Origin: Macrostomum hystrix
Taxonomy: Eukaryota; Animalia; Platyhelminthes
Direction of reading: 5' to 3'
Assembly (NCBI GenBank): GCA_950097015.1
Contig: CATNEN010000011.1
Coordinates: 2,046,001 to 2,110,000 of the forward strand
DNA length: 64,000 nt
Below the pieces are notes generated by a model. That model made no database searches and had not been told where the DNA came from. It saw nothing but the letters and a program-made list of their open reading frames with translations. Below, piece by piece: positions 11,601 to 23,600 of the stretch; the first letter of the stretch is position 1; every line of letters begins with the position of its first letter. The position numbers were made by a program, and so were the translations under genes.

Positions 11601-14600
11601 TTCCTTAAACTTTTTCAATCTGAAGCAAATCAGACATTTTCAGACTGAGCTGGCTCCATTGTTTTGCACTGCAGATGCAGTTGATCAAGTCAGTCAAATT
11701 TTGCTCCATTTGCTTGGCTACCTGAACCCGAATTGTTCCGTTGAGGATATCAATCGTACAGTTGACGAGGTTGTCGTTGAAAGAGCTCAGGGCTCTCACG
11801 GCCAAACTCAAAGGAATGATGCTCACTCAATCGTCACTGAGCACCTGCGAGACGAAGGATTCGGTGAGGACATCATCAAACAGACTGTGCGTATTCTCTT
11901 CCGCAACACAGATCTGGAAGACCTACCCACTGTTGAAGAGCTACAAGAGCAGGCCATCGATTTAGCTTATAAAATAGAAAAAAACACAGTGACACAATCT
12001 GACAAGCAACCAAGAAAGGAGTGGAAGACCGCTGATCAGGAACTTATTGCGGCTGAAGTCGGTAATCTCTCGGCTCATGAGGCCTTTAAAAAACTGTGGC
12101 AAATTTATCTCAGAAACATTGACACGTCTCATAAAGACTTCTTGAGTTTTAAGGACGTTGCTCTTTTCCTCAGCCACATTGAAAAGCAAAAGTGCAGTCC
12201 GAGATCTCGGCGTAAGATTCAAGGCTCCTTCAGAAACCAGTTTAAACATGGAAAACCGATTTCACTAAGTCTGGAGTCGAAAGATCAGCTGCTAGCAACA
12301 CTGTTTCTATTTCAGCAGGCGTATGATGCACTTCCATATTTTGAGGAAGTTTTAATTTGTTGTGAGGAAACAACCGAAGAAGAAATTGTTGTCTTTTTGC
12401 ATCGAGCAATTCTAGATAAAAATCCGGAGTCCATCTATGTAATAATGAATGCTGATCAACTCACATACGATCTATCAGTGACTGCCGAAGAGCATTTTAG
12501 CACCCTTCTTGACCGCGTCAACAGCAGCACCGAGTCATATCTGTTTGCTCTATCATCTTCAGAAAGTCAAAAGCAGTTCCCCTTTTGCAACGCTCTTAGT
12601 CTGTTTCAAAGGGATCTACCAACCAAGCCTAGGCAGCAAAATATCGTCGACTGGGTCGCAAAGTTCATGAAAAGAGAATCCGGTCCAGCACAGAGTAGCT
12701 TTCTCTGGATCAAGTCGGATCGATCAGGAATGGGAAAGTCGCACCAATGCCTTGAGATTTCAAAGCTTCGGTCAATAAAAGTACCTTATGTATTTTGCTG
12801 CAGTGATTCACACCTAAATGTCGATAAGCTGTATGAGTTCTTTGAAAAAGCCGAGGATCAAAGCATAAGAGGCCAGACATTTCATTTGGACATTGCTCGC
12901 GAGGTGCAGACGGGTTTCGACAATGTGTTCACCCAGTTGGCACTCTTTGGAGCCATCACCGACTCGAACGGACGGGTTTGGCGCAGAAGACAGCAAGACT
13001 TGTACTTGCTGGAGCATTCAATAAACTTTCTATTCAAGACCGAGTTTTTCATTCTTAAGTACTTGCCATCGATAACCTGCGTGTCACCTACAGAAGCCCT
13101 GCGCAATTTAGAAGCGGGTGAGATGGGAACTGTTTGGAAACCTCTGCTTAGCGAGACATGCCTTCAATCAGAAATTTTCAAGCGACCTGCTATGTACCTT
13201 GCATCACTTGCAAATCAAACTGCGGTGAACTTTAGCTTAGAAACTCCAATTCCGTCGATTGAAATCGTTCGCCTCTTGATGATTAGCTGCGGCATTCAGA
13301 ACCCGTCGTGGCTCGAACTGAAGAATTTCGCCCGTTTCTTTAATTGTCAGCTTGTGGACTTTGAGCGGTCTCCATTCTGCGGGCCTGTGGCTGAGCAAGA
13401 CCTGCCTGGCTTTAGAAGATTCGTGCTCTCCTGTCTTCTGCTAATGTCAAAGGATTTTTCTAGCCGTTCGCTCAACATTGCGGACGAAAGTGAAGCGGCG
13501 CAAAACAATGCGCGAGACGATGACCAGTTGATCGAAAACTTTGAAGTTCGTCGACGCTGGGAGCACACGAGTCACCCTTATTTGCTCTTCAATCAAGATG
13601 GAACAACCTTTACATTCGTAGGATTCACTGTGAGTGCAGAAGGGCATCTCTTGGACAGCTCAAGTAACGCGGTTGTACAGCAAGGCATTATGAGCCAGCA
13701 GCTCTACCAGAGCCTCACTACTCAGCGAGTTCGACTTCAAGAACGGTTTGAAGACCTGAGTCGTGAGAACAAGATTGAGAGAATGAGAATGATCTTTGGC
13801 TACTCGGATGCCAATTTTCCTGATCCCGATCCGTCTTACGAGCTCACGATGGATAACGTTAAGAAAATGATTGCAATCTACATGCGACTCAGAAGCGAGA
13901 TTCCGGTTGTTCTGATGGGTGAAACAGGCTGCGGAAAGACAAAGCTTGTTGAGTTTTTATCACGAATCATGCTGCCGTTCCAATCAGACATCCGCAACAT
14001 GCGTATTCTTAAGGTTCATGGTGCTGTAACAACCGCCGATGTAGTAAAAGCAGTTAAGGAGGCAGTGGAGCTGTCTCGTCAAAATCACGCAGAGACTCCG
14101 TACACAATTCTGTTCTTTGACGAAGTGAACACAACAAGCGCAGTTGGACTGATAAAGGAGATAATGATTGACGGCAGGATCGACGGTCAAAGGATAAGCT
14201 TTGCTTATGGTCTTCGGTGCATTGCTGCATGCAATCCATACCGAAAACACCCAGAAGCCACAATCAAGAGGTTAGAAAACAGTGGTTTGGGCTACAGAGT
14301 AAGAAAGGAAGACACTCGAGATAAATTTGGCAATGTTCCGATGAGGCATTTAGTCTATCGTGTGAAGCCGCTTCCACTTTCGCTGATCAGCGTTCTATGG
14401 GACTTTGGCCACCTCTCAGAGGACTCAGAAAGAAAGTACATCACAAGGATGGTGGAGTCGCGGCTTCGCACTAATGCCGTACAGAAGGCGCGCCTTGTTG
14501 AGCTTGTGGCGGCATCGCAAGAATTCATGCGTAATACTGACGACGAAACTAAGTACGTCTCTCTAAGAGAGGTTGAGAAAGTCATTGTTGTGTTTCAATG

Positions 14601-17600
14601 GCTTTCAAATGGATTGCTTACAGGTTTAGACGACCAAGGAGAAGATGGAGAACCAGAGTGTGGAGAGGAAACACTGATCAAAATCATGACGCTCGCATCA
14701 TGTTATTTAAGTCGCTTGCCAAAAGAGCAGAAGAAAGGCTACCTGGAGCTGCTTTCACGAGTTCTGAAAGCAAATTTGAGTTATCATGACATCTCGCAAG
14801 TGATCACGCGGTGCCATCAAAGACTTCTTAATGACATTTCGGAACAACTGCCAAAATCGATCGCGAAGAATGAAGCCCTCAGAGAAAATGTCTTCATGAT
14901 GGTGCTCTGCATCACACTTCGAATTCCTCTGTTTGTCGTCGGAAAGCCTGGCAGCTCAAAGTCGCTCGGAAAGTCAATTGTAAAGAGTAACATGCTGGGT
15001 ACGAACTCGCAAGGAGCCATATTCCGACAGCTGCCAAACACGCAAATGCTGTCATTCCAGTGTTCCCCTTGGTCAACTTCTGAGGGAATCATCAAGACAT
15101 TCGAGCAATGCTCCCAGCTACAGAAGGACAAAGACTTGGAAAAGTTTGTGTCTGTCGTTATTCTTGACGAAGTTGGCTTGGCTGAAGACAGCCCTAAGAT
15201 GCCCCTGAAGGCTCTACACCCACTTCTTGAAGAAGGATACTTCACTGACTCATTGCAAGTAGCGGAGGACAGCAGGCATCGCAAAGTTGGATTCATTGGA
15301 ATTTCCAACTGGGCACTTGATCCAGCGAAAATGAACAGAGGTCTGTACCTGTTGCGAGATGTGCCCACACATGACGACCTTCTGGAAACTGCAAAAGGAA
15401 TTTGCCAGAATCAAGAGCGCAAAGAAAAACTTCGAACGTTCCTCGGGCACGTCACAACGTTTTATGAGGAAATCTACAAGCACACACAGAAAGAGTTTTT
15501 CGGCCTTCGCGACTATTTCAGCTTGGTAAAGCATCTCGCTTCAAGAAATTCGCTGGATGAAATTTCAGTAGCTCGCAGCATCAAGAGGAACTTTAGCGGC
15601 TTTGAAAATCTGGACCCGGTTGATTTCTTTGCTAAAAAGATTCTTCTCAAACACATCAACCTGGGTGAGTATTCAGCCATCAGAGACGCTCTTGCCTCAG
15701 AAGGTGATGAGCAGCGGTATCTCCTCCTAATTACAGAGAATTATTCAGGCTTCAAGATTCTTCCCCAGCTGCTTTTGGACCGCCAGGTTAACATAATTTT
15801 TGGCAGTAGCTTCCCAAAGGACCAGGACTACTCGAAGATTTGCCTGGACATCAATCGTATCAAGATCTGCATGGAGAGAGGAAGTACTGTTGTGCTTCTG
15901 AACATGGACGCATTGTATGAGAGCCTTTACGATGTCTTGAACCAATATTATGAGCAGTGCGGTCAGGATCGCTTCGTTGACTTAGGTCTTGGAACCCACC
16001 GGCTAAAGTGCAAGGTCCATGAGAAGTTTCGAATGATTGTGGTTGCAGAACAGGCCACAGTGAGAGAACGATTTCCAATCCCACTGATCAACCGGCTGGA
16101 GAAGCACAAGCTTTCAACATCAGCGGTCCTTAAGTCGGACCAGCAAGAGTTCGTGACCAAGCTTTTAAAGTGGGCAAAGGAATTTTTTCCGAATGCAAAT
16201 CATACCAAAAATCCCAGCAATGTGTTTGTGGGCTACCACGAAGATGTGATTCCATCGCTGGCATTGGAGGTCGAATCAGACGAAGACGCTGTGAAGAAAA
16301 GCATCTTGTTCGTAGCAACTCCTGACAGTCTTGTTAGACTCGATCAGACACGGCTAAAAGATGAGAAGATAAATTACATGAATTATCACTATGAAAGCCT
16401 TTGCCTCGAAAGTCTCCTAAGGTTTCTTGCTAACTACACATTTCTCAAGCCGTTTCTTCAGATCACAACATTTGACCGACTTCTAGCGACGAAGCAAATC
16501 GAGGAGCTGTCAAGGCAACACTTGCAGCTATTCGGAGCTGTGACATCTGCGAATCTGAGCAAATTTGAGAGTGAGACACAGTTCATGGAATTTCTTAGAT
16601 GCTTCCTAGAGCAAGACGGTATTTCGACGCTAGTTCTGCAATTCGAAGGTCTTAGACTGCAGTATCAGAATCTGCTCGCGTGCGCTAAGTACCTAATCGA
16701 GGACCAGTTTAAAGAACTAGAAACAAGAGATCCGAATGCCTGCAGTCGGAAGCGAGTTATTCTGCTTATTAAGCTGGTCCGATCGCACGCCAGCCCATTC
16801 ACTGGGTTCGACTGTGGCAGATGGCAGTCTGTGCACATCGAGGAACTGGTGCCATCGGGCAGGGTGAATATTAGGTTGCTCGATAAAATGAGCGTATCAA
16901 ACGCCATGGAGCAGAGCCTTGAAGCTCTCCGTGATGAGGCTGACGAAAATGACGGTGTAAGAATGGAAGTTGAATACTCGCTACTGCTAGATAGAGAGTT
17001 GCACTCACCGATTAACCTGCGCCAGTTGATTGAGCAGTCGTTGCACCAGGCCATGAGTTTACTTAGAGACGGACATGATGGCAAAGGCAGCGAGACCGAT
17101 AATCGTCTGATGGATAGACAAGAAGTTCTGTTTGACGCCTTGAGAGGTAAGCTGTGCGTTGTGCAGCCTAGTATTTAGTCTGGAAATAAAAAACTTATCA
17201 TGTTTATTTCAGAGAATAATGTGCAAAGCAGGCAATTCTTTGGTTGTATGTGCCGCTTTGCCATCAAGGCTCTAGTGTGGATGGAGGAGAGCTCAGTGGC
17301 TCAGTACAGTCCAAGTGAATGGTTGAGTCGTGAGGCAGCCCAGGACCTGAATGTACTCAACGCCGGAACTTTTATGTAAGTAAAGCCATTCAATGATAAA
17401 TCTTCTTGGCCAAATCTAGCTTGGTTGATGCGAGCCTCACCAAGGCAAAGATGCTCGCGTTGCCCCGCCCACAGCGAGAGCACGTGGCGCATCCTGAAGC
17501 AGAGAGTGGCTCCCGCCATCGCCTGCTTCCTGGCCTTCGCTGACCGAGACAGCAACCTAAGCTGCTACAGACAGGAGGCAATGAGGAGTCTATGGCTGCG

Positions 17601-20600
17601 CCTGGTGGAGCCAGCATCCGGTCTGGACCAGATAACAGAACACCTGGTGAAGGGAACCACCGGAGACTTTCAGAGAATTGAAGTGGTCTCCTCGTCGCCT
17701 GACGGTCGCCGATTCGCCTGCCGTTTTCCGTTCTCGTGGGCGGTGGCTGAGCGGCTAGAGCGAATCTGCAGCGAAAATCGCAAAGGTCAGGAGCGCCTTG
17801 ACGAACTGTTTCTGACCACCACTCCTATCGGTCAGATCCTCGCTGCCGAGGAGGCTGCGCCAGAGCTGGTCGGCGCCTTCTGCCACGACCTCCTGCACAT
17901 CCGTATTCCCGGAGTGACGGAGCAGGTCTCTGACGTCCTGGTTCCCGTGATGCTGCGTGGCATCAGCGGCAGAGCCGAAGCCTCTCTGGGCGCTGCGGTC
18001 TTCGAGAGCTTCCTGCTAGTCAATGAATTTAGCCAGCAGCTGACACTGGTGACACGGCTCATGCAGAAGGTTCAGGGCCTGGTCCTGCCTGTGAACCGGA
18101 TCGACAGGCTGAGCGAGCTGCCAGAGGTAAACGACAGATGTCCTGTCAGGTTTGCTGTCTAACAGGAACTGTTCCTGTCTAACAGGAAGGTTTCCTGTCT
18201 AACAGGAAGGTTTCCTGTCTATCAGGAAGGTTTCCTGTCTAACAGGAAGGTTTCCTGTCTAACAGGAAGGTTTCCTGTCTAACAGGAAGGTTTCCTGTCT
18301 AACAGGAAGGTTTCCTGTCTAACAGGAAGGTTTGCTGTTTAACAGGAAGGTTTCCTGTCTAACAGGAAGGTTTCCTGTCTAACAGGAAGGTTTCCTGTCT
18401 AACAGGAAGGTTTCCTGTCTAACAGGAAGGTTTCCTGTCTAACAGGAAGGTTTCCTGTCTAACAGGAAGGTTTCCTGTCTAACAATAATGTTTCTTGTCT
18501 AAAAGGAAGGTATCATGTCTAACAGGATGTTTTCCTGTTTAACTGTCTAACAGTAGGGTGTCCCGTCTAACAGGAGAGTTTTTCATTTTTAACAGGATTC
18601 TCTGCCTGAGAAAGTTTTTTATGTGCATATAACCGATAATGTTCCAGGCGGAAAAAACTGTACTTTTTAAAGCTTTCGACTTCCCAATCCTCTCCCATCA
18701 GGCCCTGTTTTTCGCATTTTTCGAGTACTTTGAGCAGAACCGGCGCGACCTGAACTCGGCCATGAAACGCCAGGTTTGGCTAAGTCGAGTCGAACGCGCC
18801 CAGGCTGTGATTGACAGCCTGTTAAGCAACTTTGGCAGTCCTGCAATGGACTTGCAGTGGCAGCGCATCGTGTGCGTGTACCTATTCCTGAAGAATGTCA
18901 CCGCCCCCTTCGACGCCAGTGGAGACATCGGCGAGAATTCCCTCAAGCCAATCCAGCTGTGGACTGTGAGTTGCTTTTAAAAAACACAGAATATTTTTGC
19001 ACTACTCGAATAAGACATTTGTAAGTAGTATATTATGGTTGATTTCACCCGCCACTACTGCAGTCTCTGACTAAGAACTCTAGCGCGAACTTCAGTGAAG
19101 TGTCCGGCCTGCGTCTTGTTGAAGAGTTTCTCAAGAAGATGAAAGACGACCTGACAGAGAAGCTGCAAGGGTGAGCAATGTTTCAGGCTTTGGGTTTCTG
19201 GGACAGAAAGGAAGGCTCGACTTCCAGGTTGAGATTAGGCTCGAGAGAGATGAGACATGGCTGGAGAGAGATGAGACATGGCTGGAGAGAGATGAGACAT
19301 GGCTGGAGAGAGATGAGACATGGCTGGAGAGAGATGAGACATGGCTGGAGAGAGATGAGAAATGGCTCGAGACAGATGAGACATGGCTGGAGAGAGATGA
19401 GACATGGATGGAGAGAGATGAGACATGGATGGAGAGAGATGAGACATGGATGGAGAGAGATGAGACATGGATGGAGAGAGATGAGACATGGCTGGAGAGA
19501 GATGAGAAATGGCTCGAGAGAGATGAGACATGGATGGAGAGAGATGAGACATGGATGGAGAGAGATGAGACATGGATGGAGAGAGATGAGACATGGATGG
19601 AGAGAGATGAGACATGGATGGAGAGAGATGAGAAATGGCTCGAGAGAGATGAGACATGGCTGGAGAGAGATGAGACATGGCTGGAGAGAGATGAGACATG
19701 GCTGGAGAGAGATGAGAAATGGCTCGAGACAGATGAGACATGTCTGGAGAGAGATGAGACATGGATGGAGAGAGATGAGACATGGATGGAGAGAGATGAG
19801 ACATGGATGGAGAGAGATGAGACATGGATGGAGAGAGATGAGACATGGATGGAGAGAGATGAGAAATGGCTCGAGAGAGATGAGACATGGCTGGAGAGAG
19901 ATGAGACATGGCTGGAGAGAGATGAGACATGGCTGGAGAGAGATGAGACATGGCTGGAGAGAGATAAGACATGGCTGGAGAGAGATGAGACATGGATGGA
20001 GAGAGATGAGAAATGGCTGGAGAGAGATGAGACATGGATGGAGAGAGATGAGACATGGCTGGAGAGAGATGAGACATGGCTGGAGAGAGATGAGACATGG
20101 CTGGAGAGAGATGAGACATGGATGGAGAGAGATGAGACATGGCTGGAGAGAGATGAGACATGGCTGGAGAGAGATGAGACATGGATGGAGAGAGATGAGA
20201 CATGGCTGGAGAGAGATGAGACATGGATGGAGAGAGATGAGACATGGATGGAGAGAGATGAGAAATGGCTGGAGAGAGATGAGACATGGATGGAGAGAGA
20301 TGAGACATGGATGGAGAGAGATAGAATAATAATAATAATAATAAAATAAAATTAATAATAGTAATAGTAGAATAATAATGAGATAAGACAGTAGTGAGAT
20401 CAGACTGGAGATGTGAGAAAGCGGAGAGACGATTGTCTGCAATGGAAGACAATGCCCAGAGTAAGATGCCGCTGTTTAAACCGCACATTCATTAAACTGT
20501 GATTTGCAGAACCATCACCTGTCCCACTTGTGATTTGGCCTCCGAGCGGCTCCTGATTCTGCCGTGCAACGATCGTCTGTGCAGGACCTGCTTCGACAAT

Positions 20601-23600
20601 ATTCTAACTGTAGCCGCAGTACAGGCTGAGGACAACCCGAATGTGGCAGCCGCAGTCGTCTGTCCTGCCTGTCAGGTTCCGTTCGACCCGGCCGCGGCAA
20701 CTCGAGCCCGACCTGCCGCCCTGGATGAGTTCAAGGCTCGCTGCAACGCCTTCCTTATGGAGCTCATCACCCGCCTGTGCTTCCGTCGTGGCGGTCATGG
20801 CGGTAGGCCGCCTAGCAGCCAGCTGTGCGACCGTCTTCTGGCCTATGTTACCAAGAGCGTTCAGCATGACGTCGCCGCCATAACCTGCTTTGTTGACGGC
20901 AACGAAGAAGATGGCGATGGCAATACTCCAGTGTTTCGATCCTTTATTCTGCAGCAGCTGCTGGCTTACCGAGAGAGTGAAGTGCTCAATCAACTGGATG
21001 AACATCTCAAAATGGCTAATAGGATTATCGACTCGCCGGATCATTTGGCTCTCATTGTCGTCCACTGTCTGGAGGTAAGCTGATAAGCTGACAACGGCTA
21101 CCCCAAAACATGCAATCTGAAGTCACGTGATCAGCGGGGCAGATGGGTAGATAAGTCCAAAGCACGCACTGTTAAGTCACGTGATCAGCGGGACAGAGGA
21201 CCAGGCAACAGCCACCCAAAAACACGCTCTCTAAAGTCACGTGATCAGCAAGACAGATGGGTAGATAATAGCCAGTCCAAAACACGCACTCTGAAGTCAC
21301 GTGATCTGCGTCACAGGGTAGCAGGCAACAGCCACCCCAAAACACGCATTCTAAAGTCGCGGGACAGAGGGGCAGGCAACAACCACCCCAAAACACGCAT
21401 TCTAAAGTCGCGTGATCAGCGGGACAGAGGGGCAGGCAACAACCACCCCAAAACACGCATTCTAAAGTCGCGTGATCAGCGGGACAGAGGGGCAGGCAAC
21501 AACCACCCCAAAACACGCATTCTAAAGTCGCGTGATCAGCGGGACAGAGGGGCAGGCAACAACCACCCCAAAACACGCATTCTAAAGTCGCGTGATCAGC
21601 GGGACAGAGGGGCAGGCAACAACCACCCCAAAACACGCATTCTAAAGTCGCGTGATCAGCGGGACAGAGGGGCAGGCAACAACCACCCCAAAACACGCAT
21701 TCTAAAGTCGCGTGATCAGCGGGACAGAGGGGCAGGCAACAACCACCCCAAAACACGCATTCTAAAGTCGCGTGATCAGCGGGACAGAGGGGCAGGCAAC
21801 AACCACCCCAAAACACGCACTCTAAAGTCGCGTGATAAGCGGGACAGAGGGGCAGGCAACAACCACCCCAAAACACGCACTCTAAAGTCGCGTGATCAGC
21901 GGAGGGGGACAGAGGGGCAGGCAACAACCACCTCAAAACACTCGTTTAAAGTCGTGTAATGGGCGGGACAGAGGTAACCGAGATCCTCATCTGAGTGTCG
22001 TCCCAACCCAACACCGTTTGCAGGACCTGTGGATCTCCCAGCTCGCCTCGTTTCCCATCGAGCAGCGACTTTTTCGCGCCATCAGCCAGATCAGCCAAGC
22101 TGCGGCTCCCAACATATCGCCGCACGATGCCAATCCGCTCGACCTTCAACGGCTGCGTCAGGTAGCCAATTGGCGAGTCTGTCTGTCGTTGCTCGCGTCC
22201 AGCATCTCCCAGCTGCCCGATGGGACTCGAACTGTTGACCTGCCGCCGCTGCAAGACGCTCGACGACGGGAGCAGCTGGCCAGATCGCTGCTCAGGCACC
22301 AGTGGTCTCGCGCGTACTTCCTGCGCTGCCTGAGCCGCTACGGTGGCACCTGCGCTGCTCTGGAGCGACTGAAAACAGACGAATACCTGGCCAAGGTGTT
22401 CAGAGAGGAGATGAAACTCATCGAGGGTCAGGTTGAACTGCCGGACATCCTGTTGGGACACTCGGAGCTGTACAGAAATGTTCGTCGGTGTCTGTACCAG
22501 TCCTACCTTACTGGCGAGCTTGCGCAACAGGTGATTGATTATGATTTCTGCTCCTGTGCTCTAGAGTGTCCATAGTGTTAGAGGGTGTCCATAGTGTTAG
22601 AGGGTGTCCATAGTGTTAGAGGGTGTCCATAGTGTTAGAGGGTGTCCATAGTGTTAGAGGGTGTCCATAGTGTTAGAGGGTGTCCATAGTGTTAGAGGGT
22701 GTCCATAGTGTTAGAGGGTATCCACAGTGCTGCAGGGTGTCCACAGTGCTGCAGGGTGTCCACAGTGCTGCAGGGTGTCCACAGTGCTGCAGGGTGTCCA
22801 CAGTGCTGCAGGGTATCCACAGTGCTGCAGGGTGTCCACAGTGCTGCAGGGTGTCCACAGTGCTGCAGGGTATCCACAGTGCTGCAGGGTGTCCGCAGTC
22901 AATGCCTTCATCCAGCTCATGCCAAACCATTGCAGAGACCCGACATGGCGGAAGCCGACGGTTCCGTGCTGGTCCTGGCGACCCTGATCGCCACCTACCG
23001 ATTGCGTCACATGCATGGCCGCTGCGATGTTCAGCAGCTGACTGCCTGCATCAACCTCATGCTCAGCTGGATGTCTGAGCCAGCTAGGCAGTTGCACAAT
23101 CAATTAGCTCACCTGACAGACCCAGCAGCTGACAACAATCACCAGTTAGCTCTGCTGAGAATTCACCTGGCATTCGTGCTCAATACCTGTCAATCAGACT
23201 TTGTCAACTTCCTCAACCAGCTGCCTAATAGTTATCAGAACTGGTTGCTACCCGGAATGCGACACGACGAACTCTTTGAGGCCTTCACGGCTCAGGGTAT
23301 TGGCGGCACTCGGGCCTACGGTGAGTTTACATGCTTTTGACGCTTTTCGTAAATTAGCCATTGTAACCATTGTAATGTTCGCCTCGCTTCACCGACTTTA
23401 TTCACTGAACTATTGCAGCTTGCCCGAACGGACATCCGTACTATGTGGCGAATGTGAGTTTAAATGCGACACTAAATCTGAAACATCGATTATGAATTCT
23501 TCTTTCTTTGTCTCCCTTGACTTGTTTTGTTTTCCACCATTTTATCTATATTTCCTACCGTTCTTTTTCTCACCCTTCCGTCCTATGTTTTCACCCTTCC

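Noticed and set aside
10223-18062. Many short antisense and alternate-frame ORFs over RNF213
   Set aside because: Shadow ORFs of a long coding exon with no independent motifs.
19171-20488. Long ORFs in several frames (ERDETWL, REMRHGW, SHLSPAM repeats)
   Set aside because: Artefacts of a stop-free 21-bp minisatellite inside a phase-consistent RNF213 intron.
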